A stretch of 64,000 bases of DNA from Coriobacteriia bacterium (GCA_034370385.1 JAXMKZ010000022.1:4027-68026); one strand, 5' to 3'; counted from the first letter of the stretch, positions 1 through 9,391 are shown. Notes: generated by a model from the sequence alone, not told the origin. A program made the numbers and translations.

Positions 1-44
1 GGGGTCGTCCGCGTCGAGGCCGTCTAGCATCTCGGTTGCAGATC

Positions 45-78
45 GAAGGCCCACGGACCGCGAGGTCCGTGGGCCTTC
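45..78 (+). terminator. Stem-loop downstream of an off-window gene
   Basis: Perfect 15-bp inverted repeat gaaggcccacggacc / ggtccgtgggccttc with 4-nt loop gcga, ~17 nt after a TAG at 25-27. There is no clear U-tract (tail gtgcgttcc). Confidence 0.45.
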
Positions 79-147
79 GTGCGTTCCAAAGGACCGTCGG
101 AACCGTACGGCGCGAGGGGGTAGCCGTTCGTCGGATGGGCGATTGAC

Positions 148-194
148 GCACAATATCTGGCGCCATACGATGACTGAGCCGCAAGATATGGTGT
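148..194 (+). promoter_or_regulatory. Candidate tandem NrdR boxes upstream of nrdJ
   Basis: Two 16-mers, gcacaatatctggcgc (148-163) and ccgcaagatatggtgt (179-194), resemble the NrdR-box palindrome acaCwAtATaTwGtgt. Their centres are 31 bp apart, as is typical for NrdR operators. They lie ~70 bp upstream of the nrdJ ATG. Each box has one strong and one weak half-site. Confidence 0.55.
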
Positions 195-265
195 TTGCGG
201 CCACCGACAAGAGGCGCAGGGGTCATCGCCTCATGAACTGGTTGCGTCGAGAGGGGATCTGAATT

Positions 266-2551
266 ATGTCCGAGCCCGTTGAGGTCACCGGGTACTCCCG
301 TGCCATTGACGAGATCTTGAGTCCGAACTCGCTCAAGGTCCTGCAGAAGCGCTACCTGAGCAAGAACGACGATGGCGAACCCCTCGAGTCGCCGAGCGAC
401 CTGTTCGCGCGTGTGGCAGAGAACATCGCATCGGCCGAACTCGTGTGGGGGGCGAGCGATGCCGAGGTGGCCGAGGTCGCGCGTGAGTTCTACGACCTCA
501 TGACCTCACTGGAGTTCCTCCCGAATTCGCCGACGCTCATGAATGCGGGCCGGGACCTTCAGCAGCTGTCCGCATGCTTCGTCTTGCCGGTGGAGGATTC
601 GATGGAGTCGATCTTCGGTGCCGTGCGCGATACGGCGCTGATTCACAAGTCCGGGGGCGGGACGGGATTCTCGTTCTCGCGCTTGAGGCCAGCGGGTGAC
701 AGCGTCAAGTCGACCCAAGGCGTTTCCAGCGGCCCCGTGTCGTTCATGCGGGTATTCAATCAGGCGACGGAGGCTGTCAAGCAGGGTGGTACCCGCCGGG
801 GCGCCAACATGGGCGTCTTGCGCATCGACCACCCCGATATCCTGAGCTTCATCAGCTGCAAGGCCGACGGTGATTTCGCCAACTTCAATATCTCGGTGGC
901 TCTGACCGAGGAGTTCATGGGGGCCGTCGAGGCGGGTGCGTCCTACAGCCTCTACAACCCGCGGTCTCGTGAAGTCGCTGGCGAGCTCAGCGCCCCTGAA
1001 GTGTGGGACCTCATCATCGAGATGGCGTGGGCGACCGGTGATCCCGGCATCATCTTCATCGATCGCATCAACCGCGACAATCCTACGCCGCTGCTTGGAG
1101 AGATCGAGTCGACCAACCCCTGTGGCGAGCAGCCCTTGCTGCCCTATGAGGCCTGCAACCTCGGCTCCGTGAACCTGGGCAAGATGATCAGGCACACGGA
1201 GAACGGGGCGGACGTGGACTGGGATCACCTAGGCGACGTCGTTCATCGCGCGGTCCGTTTCCTCGACGACGTCATCGAGGTCAACAACTACCCCTTGCCC
1301 AGGATCGACGAACTCGCGCGCGGGAATCGCAAGATCGGCCTCGGCGTCATGGGTTGGGCAGACATGCTTATCAAGCTTGGGCTTGCCTATGACAGCGAGG
1401 AGGGCGTCGCACTCGGTCAGAAGGTCATGGGATTCATCGACGCGGAGGCCACCTCCGCCTCACGCAAGCTGGCGGATCAGCGCGGGTCGTTCCCGAACTT
1501 CAAGGGTTCGATCTACGACACCCCTGAGGGTGGCCCCATGCGCAACGCGACCGTCACCACCATCGCCCCGACCGGCACGCTGTCGATCATCGCCAACTGC
1601 TCGTCGGGTGTCGAGCCGCTGTTCGCCGTTTCCTATATACGCACGGTTATGGACAACGACCGGCTGGTCGAGGTCAATCCGCTCTTCGAGGAGATCGCCG
1701 TCAAGAGAGGCTTCTACTCGCGTGAGCTCATGGGTCTGATCGCTGACCATGGGTCGGTTCATGACATGGACGAAGTGCCTGAGGATGTGCGGCGCGCGTT
1801 CGTGACCGCCCACGATATCTCTCCGGACTGGCACATTCGCATGCAGGCTGCGTTTCAGAAGCACTGCGACAATGCAGTCTCCAAGACGGTCAACTTCGGC
1901 AGCGACGCGACGCCTGATGATGTGCGGCATGTCTATGACCTCGCGCACGAACTCGGCGTGAAGGGTGTCACGATCTACCGTGACGGTTCGAAGGAAGGTC
2001 AGGTCCTCACCACGGGCAAGTCGTCCGGATCGGGGCAGGTCGGCGAGGCGGGAGCCGTCCTTCCCGGCGAGCTGGAGCCTCGTGAGCGTCCGTCCATCAC
2101 CCAAGGGCGCACTGAGAAGATCCAGACGGGTTGCGGGAACCTCTACGTGACCGTGAACTGGGACGAGTACGGCATGTGTGAGGTCTTCACTCAGATGGGC
2201 AAGTCCGGTGGGTGCGCCGCGTCCCAGTCGGAGGCCCTCTCACGCATGATCTCTGTCTCTCTACGGGCCGGCGTCGACCCCGACGCGCTTGTGAAGCACC
2301 TGAGAGGTATCCGTTGCCCGTCACCGTCATGGGCTGAAGGTGGCAAGGTGCTGTCGTGTGCCGATGCTGTCGGAATCGTGATGGAGCACGCCATCCAGTT
2401 CATGAACACCGGCCATGCGGCCACTGCTGTCTCGAAGAACACTGATGCACTTGACAACCTCGCGGGCGCTTGTCCGGAGTGCGGTGGTTCACTTGAGCAC
2501 GAGAGCGGATGCGCGGTATGCCGGAGCTGCGGCTTCAGCAAGTGCGCCTGA
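266..2551 (+). CDS. nrdJ: Class II (adenosylcobalamin-dependent) ribonucleotide reductase
   Basis: 761-aa ORF with N-terminal LSPNSLKVLQKRYL, active-site region TNPCGEQPLLPYEACNLGS and a Cys-rich C-terminal tail (CPECGGSLEHESGCAVCRSCG). These are typical of monomeric NrdJ enzymes. Confidence 0.92.
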   Translation: MSEPVEVTGYSRAIDEILSPNSLKVLQKRYLSKNDDGEPLESPSDLFARVAENIASAELVWGASDAEVAEVAREFYDLMTSLEFLPNSPTLMNAGRDLQQLSACFVLPVEDSMESIFGAVRDTALIHKSGGGTGFSFSRLRPAGDSVKSTQGVSSGPVSFMRVFNQATEAVKQGGTRRGANMGVLRIDHPDILSFISCKADGDFANFNISVALTEEFMGAVEAGASYSLYNPRSREVAGELSAPEVWDLIIEMAWATGDPGIIFIDRINRDNPTPLLGEIESTNPCGEQPLLPYEACNLGSVNLGKMIRHTENGADVDWDHLGDVVHRAVRFLDDVIEVNNYPLPRIDELARGNRKIGLGVMGWADMLIKLGLAYDSEEGVALGQKVMGFIDAEATSASRKLADQRGSFPNFKGSIYDTPEGGPMRNATVTTIAPTGTLSIIANCSSGVEPLFAVSYIRTVMDNDRLVEVNPLFEEIAVKRGFYSRELMGLIADHGSVHDMDEVPEDVRRAFVTAHDISPDWHIRMQAAFQKHCDNAVSKTVNFGSDATPDDVRHVYDLAHELGVKGVTIYRDGSKEGQVLTTGKSSGSGQVGEAGAVLPGELEPRERPSITQGRTEKIQTGCGNLYVTVNWDEYGMCEVFTQMGKSGGCAASQSEALSRMISVSLRAGVDPDALVKHLRGIRCPSPSWAEGGKVLSCADAVGIVMEHAIQFMNTGHAATAVSKNTDALDNLAGACPECGGSLEHESGCAVCRSCGFSKCA

Positions 2552-2637
2552 GCGACTGAAGGAGAATCGAGGGAAGGATCGCGGTTGGCCGATCACGGCC
2601 ACCCGAGAGTGTCCTTCGTGCGAAGGGGAGGCTAGCG

Positions 2638-3204
2638 GTGGTTCTTTCTGACCGGAGCATCAAGCTCGAGATGGCTGCGGGCAGGATTCACGTCGACCCG
2701 TGCGACCCGGACGACATCCAGCCGTCGAGCGTTGATCTGCACCTCGGACGTGATTTCCAGGTGTTCCGAAACTCACGCTACCCGTACATCGACCCCGCCA
2801 GAGAGATGCCGGGCCTGACGGAGTCGGTGACAGCGTCGCCGGAGGAGCCGTTCGTGCTGCATCCGAGCGAGTTCGCGTTGGGCACGACGCTCGAGCGCAT
2901 CGCGCTGCCCGACGACATCGTTGGGAGACTCGAGGGAAAGAGCTCGCTTGGGCGACTCGGGCTGCTCATTCACTCCACGGCCGGGTACGTGGATCCAGGC
3001 TGGGACGGGCGGCTCACGCTCGAGCTCTCGAACGTCGCCAATCTACCCATCCTGCTCGTCCCGGGGATGAAAATCGGGCAGATATCCTTCTCGAAGATGA
3101 CCACCGAGGTCGATCGCCCCTATGGTCATCCGGGATTGGGCAGCAAGTACCTTGGCCAGAGTGTCGCTACGCCGAGCAAGATGTACCTCAACAAGCGTCC
3201 CTAG
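2638..3204 (+). CDS. dcd: dCTP deaminase (dUTPase superfamily)
   Basis: 188-aa ORF with GTG start preceded by aaggggagg. Contains the motifs PSSVDLHLG and HSTAGYVDPGWDGRLTLE. It follows nrdJ in the same direction. Confidence 0.9.
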   Translation: MVLSDRSIKLEMAAGRIHVDPCDPDDIQPSSVDLHLGRDFQVFRNSRYPYIDPAREMPGLTESVTASPEEPFVLHPSEFALGTTLERIALPDDIVGRLEGKSSLGRLGLLIHSTAGYVDPGWDGRLTLELSNVANLPILLVPGMKIGQISFSKMTTEVDRPYGHPGLGSKYLGQSVATPSKMYLNKRP

Positions 3205-3251
3205 GTTCATCGCGCGCAGCCCGAGCATCAAGCGCAAGAGCGATGTGGCCC

Positions 3252-4358
3252 TCAGAGCCCTTTGGTCACGTGTGAGACCACGGGGGTGGGAACGAATCCG
3301 GCGAGATACTTACCGGTGCGCGACTCCATGAACGGGAGCCACTTGAGCTTGCGTGTGATGTTTGATGCGATCGCCGACGTGGCTTCGGCGTACGCTCCGA
3401 GCGCCCGGGCAGGGTCGTGTCGGCCGACTGCGATTCCGGCGAGACGCCCGGTATTGAGCGCGTAGGAGATGCCCTCGCCGCTGGTGGGCGACATGAACCC
3501 GCCCGCCTCGCCTGCCAGCAGCACTCGGCCGCGCCCGGGCACCACGTCCCGAGCATGGCGGACTGAGAGCGCGACCCATGCCTCGCGCTTGACCGACTCC
3601 CCGAGCGGTAGAGCTTGGCGCAGCGTCTGAAGCGCCTCTTCGTGCTTCTCGTAGGGCCTCTTGGTTTTGGGGTAGAACACCGCACCCACGATCGCGACGT
3701 CGCCCTTCGGAACGACGTACGCGTAGGCGAACGAGTCGCCGATGTGGCGCATGTAGATGCAATCGAAGTACGGTTCGATCTCGCCCTCGATGGTGCAGAA
3801 GTCTTGGAGTGTGACGTAGGTCGCGACGCTGCCGACGCCCAAGGCGCGACGCACGGTGGAACGCGGACCGTCGCAGCCGATCAGGTTCTCGCAGCTTACG
3901 GTGCGATCGACGCCGTCGCCGTCGCCATTGCCGCCGCCGGTGCGTAGCGTGGCGCGAACACCCTCGGAGTCCTCGTTGAACCCGGTGAGCTGCGAGTTGC
4001 CGATGACGGTGACGTTTCCGGGAAGCAGCCCGACCAACCAATCGTCGAACGAGCTTCGGTCGACGTTGGCGAATCGCAGTGCCGTGGGCTTGCGGATGCC
4101 ACGATCCCAGTCGTGGTAGCGGAAGTTGACCCAGTTGGGCTCAAGCGCCATCTCGGGGGGGAGTGTCCCGAACTCTGAGAGGAAGCCCTGGGTGTACTCG
4201 TTCAGCATCCCGCCACAACTCTTGTCTCGGGGCAGACGGGATGCGTCGGTCAAGAGAACGCTACCGCGCTCAGCCGCATGCAGTGCCGCCATGACACCTG
4301 CGGGGCCAGCGCCGACAACGACGGTATCAAAGCTGTTGGGAAGGTTGGTCGTATCCAT
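3252..4358 (-). CDS. FAD-dependent oxidoreductase, geranylgeranyl-reductase family
   Basis: 368 aa. N-terminal dinucleotide fold DTVVVGAGPAGVMAALHAAERG and C-terminal LLAGEAGGFMSPTSGEGISYA, typical of GGR-like flavoproteins. Confidence 0.75.
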   Translation of the reverse strand: MDTTNLPNSFDTVVVGAGPAGVMAALHAAERGSVLLTDASRLPRDKSCGGMLNEYTQGFLSEFGTLPPEMALEPNWVNFRYHDWDRGIRKPTALRFANVDRSSFDDWLVGLLPGNVTVIGNSQLTGFNEDSEGVRATLRTGGGNGDGDGVDRTVSCENLIGCDGPRSTVRRALGVGSVATYVTLQDFCTIEGEIEPYFDCIYMRHIGDSFAYAYVVPKGDVAIVGAVFYPKTKRPYEKHEEALQTLRQALPLGESVKREAWVALSVRHARDVVPGRGRVLLAGEAGGFMSPTSGEGISYALNTGRLAGIAVGRHDPARALGAYAEATSAIASNITRKLKWLPFMESRTGKYLAGFVPTPVVSHVTKGL

Positions 4359-4433
4359 GTCCCGAGCAGTCTAGCGCATGAGGTGTACAATTACCCACCA
4401 CCGACTGAGGTTTTATGGAAGGAACTACGCGAT

Positions 4434-4676
4434 ATGTCGAAGTGTTGGGAACAACGCGGGTGCGACGAGGAGATGCAGGCCGATTGTCCGCACCCCGAGC
4501 CTCTGCGCGACAGGTGCCCGAACAAGTGCGCATTCGCCGTGTGCGATCGCCCGACGTTCGAACTCACCACCGATCCCGAGCTCATCTTCAGTGTGGACAT
4601 CGATCGCGATGCGGCAATCAAGGACACCTGTCTGCACTGTCGCTTCTTCCTCACGAACGGCCCCCGGCGAGGCTAA
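4434..4676 (+). CDS. Small cysteine-rich protein (8 Cys), putative metal/Fe-S binding
   Basis: Internal ATG at 4434 preceded by ggaaggaa, 9 nt upstream. The longer track ORF (4278) would overlap the divergent oxidoreductase gene. Product MSKCWEQRGCDEEMQADCPHPEPLRDRCPNKCAFAVCDR...CLHCRFF, with GC3-rich codons. Confidence 0.55.
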   Translation: MSKCWEQRGCDEEMQADCPHPEPLRDRCPNKCAFAVCDRPTFELTTDPELIFSVDIDRDAAIKDTCLHCRFFLTNGPRRG

Positions 4677-4760
4677 GAGGGTGCGCGCCCGGCGCCAGCT
4701 AATGGGGATACTCCCCTCAAGAGACGCGACGATGGCGTCGCGATGCGAGGGAGGATGTTC

Positions 4761-4979
4761 ATGGACTACTACGATGACCAGCTCACGATCTACGGACTCG
4801 TACGCGATCTGTTCGCCGCCGCTTCGGTGACGTGCCTGCTGTGGGCCCTGCATCGAATCGGCCACGGACTCTCGGTGGCGGGACGCGTCGCGGCGTACAA
4901 GGAGCTCGCCGACGCCTACACGCCCGAGGAGCGCGAGGTACTCATTCATCGCATCAAGCGAGAGTCGATGAACTACTAG
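4761..4979 (+). CDS. Hypothetical small protein with one hydrophobic segment
   Basis: ATG at 4761 preceded by gagggagga. 72 aa (MDYYDDQLTIYGLVRDLFAAASVTCLLWAL...). Its TAG is immediately followed by the ATG of the next gene at 4980. Confidence 0.4.
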   Translation: MDYYDDQLTIYGLVRDLFAAASVTCLLWALHRIGHGLSVAGRVAAYKELADAYTPEEREVLIHRIKRESMNY

Positions 4980-5795
4980 ATGGGCGCAGGGGATGTCGCT
5001 GCCATCCTCATCGCCTACGGTCGCGAACTCGAATCCCAAGGAGCAGCTCAAGTCGGCTCAGCGTTCACGACCGACGAATCAGCGAATGCGCTGATCGAAT
5101 CCTCGCCCGACGCGTTCTTGTTGGGCGTGCTGTTCACACAGGGGATTCCGGCCGAGCGCGCATGGTCTGCTCCTGCCGAACTGCGCACACGGCTGGGCAC
5201 GCTCGACATGGGCTTCCTCGCCGAGCACCCCGCAGAGGTGCGCGCAGCCGTCCAGCGTGCGCCGATGTTGCACCGGTTCAAAGAGACGCTGCCCCGATGG
5301 ATCGTGGCCGCTGCACAGCGAGTCCAGTGCGAGTACGGTGGAGACACGACACGTATCTGGGCGCCCGGAAGCCATGTGCGCGAGGTCACGGACCGGCTGT
5401 CGTCGTTTCCCGGAATCGGTCGCAAGAAGGCAGTGATGGCCACCGAGATCCTCATGCGCCATTTCGGGGTCGACCTGGGGGGCCGCGAGCACGGACAGGT
5501 GGCTTTCGACGTGCAGGTGCGCCGCGTGTTCCTCAGGAGTGGATTGGCGCAGGAGGATTCGATCGCAGCGATTGAAGCAGCGGCGGCTCGGTGGTGTCCG
5601 GATTCGCCCGGCACCATGGATCTGCCTGCTTGGCTGATCGGACGGCAGTGGTGTCGTCCCAAGGCCCCGAAATGCGAGGAGTGTCGGCTCGGCACGGTCT
5701 GCCCTCGTCGGGTTCAACTCAACCCGACAGGGGTGGGGTCGACCTCAGCTCACTCCGCCGAGCGCAGCACCAGCCCGGAGAGCAGCTTCGGGTAG
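4980..5795 (+). CDS. HhH-GPD-type base-excision-repair-like protein with EndoIII-type [4Fe-4S] cluster loop
   Basis: 271 aa. Helix-hairpin-helix FPGIGRKKAVMATEIL, a conserved Asp context AFDVQVRRVFLRSGL, and C-terminal C-x6-C-x2-C-x5-C (CRPKAPKCEECRLGTVC). The 3' end overlaps the convergent DUF1015 gene by 46 nt. Confidence 0.7.
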   Translation: MGAGDVAAILIAYGRELESQGAAQVGSAFTTDESANALIESSPDAFLLGVLFTQGIPAERAWSAPAELRTRLGTLDMGFLAEHPAEVRAAVQRAPMLHRFKETLPRWIVAAAQRVQCEYGGDTTRIWAPGSHVREVTDRLSSFPGIGRKKAVMATEILMRHFGVDLGGREHGQVAFDVQVRRVFLRSGLAQEDSIAAIEAAAARWCPDSPGTMDLPAWLIGRQWCRPKAPKCEECRLGTVCPRRVQLNPTGVGSTSAHSAERSTSPESSFG

Positions 5796-7039
5796 AAGTA
5801 GGTGCTCTTCTGCGGCATCGTCTCGCCGGCGAGCGAAACCTCTCTGAGCTGCGACAGCTCAGTCGCCCTGAGCACGATTCCGACATCGAACCCTGAGCCG
5901 ACGGCCTTGAGCACCGCGTGGGGATCCTTGGTGAAGGCGATCCGATCGAGCGTTTCGGGTTGATCGGGGTGGATACCAAGGAGTGGCGCGAGTACGAGCT
6001 CTTGCACGACGGCCACGTCAAGCGACTTCCAGGCGGACGAACGCTCAAGCGGGATGGCCTGATCCAGGTCGACATCGGCGCGGAGTACGGCGAGCTGCAA
6101 GGGAGAATCTGTCCCGAGCGTGAACAAGAACGCAGGCCGCACAGGGCCGTTCAGCACGTCGTCCGGGTGCCCGGGGCCGATCTCGCTCACATCGAAGTGC
6201 TGCTTGAGGCCTTCGACGAAGCTCGGCGCGTCGAAATCGCCGCTCGCTTGTGCCATGCGATGGTAGGGGAGAACGGTGAGGTCGGGATCGTCCATGTTGA
6301 CGAGCGCCATCATGACGTAGTCGTACGCGGGGTCGTGCTCACTGCCACCCTGCGAGCGCTTAAGGTCTCGATAGGCGAGTGCGGTGGTGTATCGGTGATG
6401 GCCGTCTGCGATGAAGATGCTTCGGTCGGCCATGAACTCGCCGAACCACGCCGCCACGGCCGGGTCGTCGATGGCCCACAGCGTGCTCTTCACATTGTCG
6501 GCGTCGATGGAGAAGGCCACGGGATTCGTCTGTGAGATGGCGCCGAAGACGCGCTCAGTCGCCAGCTCAGGGTCTTCGAAGAGTCCGAACACCTGGCTCA
6601 GGTTGGCGCGGGTGGCGCGGGTCAGCTCGAAGCGGTCGCCGAGCGCTTTGGGAAGCGTGCGCTCGTGGGGGAGTATCACGCCTGCATCGAACGGCTCGAG
6701 CGCGACCTCGGCGATTATGGCCCGGCGGCGCACCAGCTGGCCGGCGCTGTCGAACTCCTGCTCCAGGACGTAGAGTGCCGGGTCTTTGTCAGCTGCCAGG
6801 ACTCCGCGGGCGCGCCAGGAGTCCCAGGTGGCTGCCCCGGTCACGTAGCGATTGCCTGGCACTTCGGGGTCGAGGGGGCCTTCGGGAAGTTCGAGAGCGA
6901 CGACGTTCTCGGGGTCCATTGAGAGCAGTTGTTCTCGCATAGGGGGGGAGATGACATCGTAGGGCGGGGCCGTGACGCGTGACAGATCCTGGCCGCGGTT
7001 GCTGTAGCGCCATCCGCGGAACGGTCGAACTCGTGCCAT
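5750..7039 (-). CDS. DUF1015 family protein
   Basis: 429 aa. The N-terminus MARVRPFRGWRY...VTAPPYDVISP is the hallmark start of DUF1015 proteins. Confidence 0.8.
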   Translation of the reverse strand: MARVRPFRGWRYSNRGQDLSRVTAPPYDVISPPMREQLLSMDPENVVALELPEGPLDPEVPGNRYVTGAATWDSWRARGVLAADKDPALYVLEQEFDSAGQLVRRRAIIAEVALEPFDAGVILPHERTLPKALGDRFELTRATRANLSQVFGLFEDPELATERVFGAISQTNPVAFSIDADNVKSTLWAIDDPAVAAWFGEFMADRSIFIADGHHRYTTALAYRDLKRSQGGSEHDPAYDYVMMALVNMDDPDLTVLPYHRMAQASGDFDAPSFVEGLKQHFDVSEIGPGHPDDVLNGPVRPAFLFTLGTDSPLQLAVLRADVDLDQAIPLERSSAWKSLDVAVVQELVLAPLLGIHPDQPETLDRIAFTKDPHAVLKAVGSGFDVGIVLRATELSQLREVSLAGETMPQKSTYFYPKLLSGLVLRSAE

Positions 7040-7135
7040 GCGCTGGATGCTCCTTGATCCGAAGGGGCCGGTCGCCCGGCTGGTCGTGCGCGACAGTCTA
7101 GCGCAGGGTGCAACGCGCGTGAAGCGCTTCCGTCA

Positions 7136-7471
7136 TCACATCACGCCATCGAGCAGAACGTAGCACACGATTCCGGCGAGCGTGGCACCAAGGAAGCTTC
7201 GGGTGCGACGGAACACGAACGCCGTGAGGATCGCAGCGGGAAGGCCGGCGTTCGACGCAAGGGGGATCCATTCTCCTCGGGGAGAGAGCACCTCAGTGGC
7301 GACGAGCGCGCCCATCACCGAGATCGGTACGTAGGACAGCCAGCGCAGGACCGGCGAGGGAAGCTCGAAACGGGACAGGATGGCCACAGGAAGAAAGCGT
7401 ACGAAGAAGTTGAGCGCGGCCATACCCGCGATGACCGCAAGGATGGTGGTTTGGTCTACCTCAGCGTTCAC
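7136..7471 (-). CDS. azlD: Branched-chain amino acid exporter small subunit (AzlD family)
   Basis: 111-aa hydrophobic protein overlapping the upstream AzlC-like gene by 11 nt, the typical azlCD arrangement. Confidence 0.75.
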   Translation of the reverse strand: MNAEVDQTTILAVIAGMAALNFFVRFLPVAILSRFELPSPVLRWLSYVPISVMGALVATEVLSPRGEWIPLASNAGLPAAILTAFVFRRTRSFLGATLAGIVCYVLLDGVM

Positions 7472-8213
7472 GGAACACCACCGATGCCAAGGTGGCCGCG
7501 CACATCGAGGCGATCACGACGAACCAGGCGGGGTCGAGTCCGATGCCGAGGTGCTGGGCGAAAGGCAGTACCAGGGCGATGGCGGCGGCCATCAGTCCCG
7601 CTGCGACGGCACGCGCGTCGTCCGCGAGCGCAACGAAGAGGGCGGCGAACATCGCGGGCATCGCGAACTCCACGCCCCAGCGGGTCGGGTCACCGATCCA
7701 CTCGGCTCCGACAGAGCCGAGGAGCGTTCCCAGGACCCATCCTGCCCATGCGATGAACCCGACGCCCGCCATCGATGCCGGCGTCGCGCGACCCTCTCGC
7801 AGGTCCGCGATGTTGACCGCGAAGGTCTCGTCGGTGAGCGTGAAGGCGAGCCATGCCTTCCGGCCGGAGGAGACGTCCCTCAGGTGGGGCGAGAGTGTCG
7901 TGGAGAAGAGCAGATAGCGCAGGTTCACCACGGTCGTGGCGAAGAGCGTGGTAAGAGCCGAGGATCCGCCCTTGAGAAGGGACAGGGCGATGAACTGGCC
8001 GGCACCGGCAAGCGCGGTCGCCGAGCACGCGATGGTCTCTCCGATCGAGAAGCCCAGCCTGCTCGCCAGGATGCCGAACGCGGCGCCCACCGGCACATAG
8101 CCGAGGAAGATGGGGGTTCCCAGCTTGACTCCTCGCACGAACCCGCCCTGGGCAACGGGTGTCGGTTCGGCGTGAAGGGGACACGGTTCGCGGCTGACGG
8201 GCATCTCAGACAT
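7461..8213 (-). CDS. azlC: Branched-chain amino acid exporter large subunit (AzlC family)
   Basis: 250-aa polytopic membrane protein with GTPIFLGYVPVGAAFGILA...GAGQFIALSLL, as in the AzlC family. Confidence 0.8.
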   Translation of the reverse strand: MSEMPVSREPCPLHAEPTPVAQGGFVRGVKLGTPIFLGYVPVGAAFGILASRLGFSIGETIACSATALAGAGQFIALSLLKGGSSALTTLFATTVVNLRYLLFSTTLSPHLRDVSSGRKAWLAFTLTDETFAVNIADLREGRATPASMAGVGFIAWAGWVLGTLLGSVGAEWIGDPTRWGVEFAMPAMFAALFVALADDARAVAAGLMAAAIALVLPFAQHLGIGLDPAWFVVIASMCAATLASVVFRER

Positions 8214-8340
8214 GGCGGGGATGGTAGCACGTGGCGCGGTTCTTGTTTGCGTGCGGGGCAGAGTGTGGAGTCGCGGTCGGTGCTTTATGTCGGACCCGCG
8301 CTACAATGGGTCACGCGTTGAGTCGCAGGAGGCGGTTCGC

Positions 8341-8721
8341 ATGGAGTTCTCGGTCACGTGCCCCATAGACGGAGTCGTCGAGGTGGGCCTCGAGGATATC
8401 GATACCGTGGTGCTTCGAGAGTCCGATCGGGCGGACATCACGTTCGTGTGTCCTCACTGCGGCACCCAGATCGGCATCACTGCGGTGGTCCCGGCCTTCC
8501 TGCTCGCTGCGATCGAGGCCTTGGCCGAAGAAGCCGGCGGCCTGCCCTCAGAGGCCCGCATCGTCGTGACTGCGGTCGAGGATGTCGCCAATCTCGCGCC
8601 GCGGGTCGACGACCCCAGTGCCGATGCCTACTGTGAGTACTTCCGCCGTCAGCTCGAGCACGTCGACTGCGTGGACGACGCGCTTGACGAGATCGATTCC
8701 AAGAACGCGCCCGCCGGCTGA
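8341..8721 (+). CDS. Hypothetical protein with CPxxG...CPHCG zinc-ribbon-like pair
   Basis: ATG at 8341 preceded by gcaggagg. 126 aa starting MEFSVTCPIDGVV...FVCPHCGTQIG, with an acidic C-terminal half. The longer track start (8212) lacks an RBS and abuts the azlC start. Confidence 0.5.
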   Translation: MEFSVTCPIDGVVEVGLEDIDTVVLRESDRADITFVCPHCGTQIGITAVVPAFLLAAIEALAEEAGGLPSEARIVVTAVEDVANLAPRVDDPSADAYCEYFRRQLEHVDCVDDALDEIDSKNAPAG

Positions 8722-8813
8722 GACGCGAGCCTGATGCGCCTGCGCGCGGCGCCTGCGTGGTACGATTCTGTGTGTCCTGATCGTAGGTATCGTGTGACTG
8801 AGGGGGGAATCGG

Positions 8814-9386
8814 ATGGGCGCGGGCTTGTTGGGCTCGGTGTGCTGCGGTGGCCTCGGCGTTCTTGTCGTGGCAGTGGGACTCGCGCTCGTCGCGATGTAC
8901 AACCGCTTCGTGGTCTTGCGCAATCGCGTCGACAACGCGTGGGCTCAGATCGACGTGCAGCTCAAGCGACGCTACGACCTGATTCCCAATCTCGTTGAGA
9001 CGGTCAAGGGCTACGCGGCTCACGAGAGCAAGACACTCGAGGCGGTCGTTCAGGCACGCAACATCGCCATGGGCGCCCAGAGTGTCGCCGATCATGGCCA
9101 GGCCGAGAACATGCTCACCGGCGCGCTGAAGAGCCTGTTCGCGGTCGCTGAGGCGTACCCCGACCTCAAGGCCAATCAGAGCTTCCTCGATCTTCAGGAG
9201 AAGCTCTCGGACGCCGAGAATAAGATCGCCTACGCGCGGCAGTTCTACAACGACACGGTGATGAGCTTCAACACGTCCATCCAGTCGTTCCCGGCCAACC
9301 TGCTGGCGGGGATGTTCGGGTTCGCCGCGCGCGAGTACTTCGAGGCCGAGCCGGCCGCCGACGCCGTTCCGCAGGTGAAGTTCTGA
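8814..9386 (+). CDS. LemA family membrane protein
   Basis: 190 aa. An N-terminal TM segment followed by YNRFVVLRNRVDNAWAQIDVQLKRRYDLIPNLVETVKGYAAHE, the LemA signature. Confidence 0.85.
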   Translation: MGAGLLGSVCCGGLGVLVVAVGLALVAMYNRFVVLRNRVDNAWAQIDVQLKRRYDLIPNLVETVKGYAAHESKTLEAVVQARNIAMGAQSVADHGQAENMLTGALKSLFAVAEAYPDLKANQSFLDLQEKLSDAENKIAYARQFYNDTVMSFNTSIQSFPANLLAGMFGFAAREYFEAEPAADAVPQVKF

Positions 9387-9391
9387 CGCCG

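Noticed and set aside
1-265. Possible cobalamin riboswitch upstream of the B12-dependent nrdJ
   Set aside because: No B12-box-like (GCCACTG-type) or conserved AGGGAA / GGTG...CC core elements were seen. The region is short and better explained by a terminator hairpin plus NrdR-like boxes.
4278-4433. Longer form (132 aa) of the Cys-rich mini-protein
   Set aside because: It would overlap the divergent oxidoreductase gene start by 81 nt and includes the likely promoter (TACAAT near 4387). The internal ATG at 4434 has a good RBS.
5750-5795. 46-nt convergent 3' overlap of the HhH-GPD-like gene and the DUF1015 gene as a regulatory feature
   Set aside because: This is probably just a non-conserved C-terminal tail after the Fe-S loop. 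There is no independent signal, and tail-to-tail overlaps are common in compact high-GC genomes.
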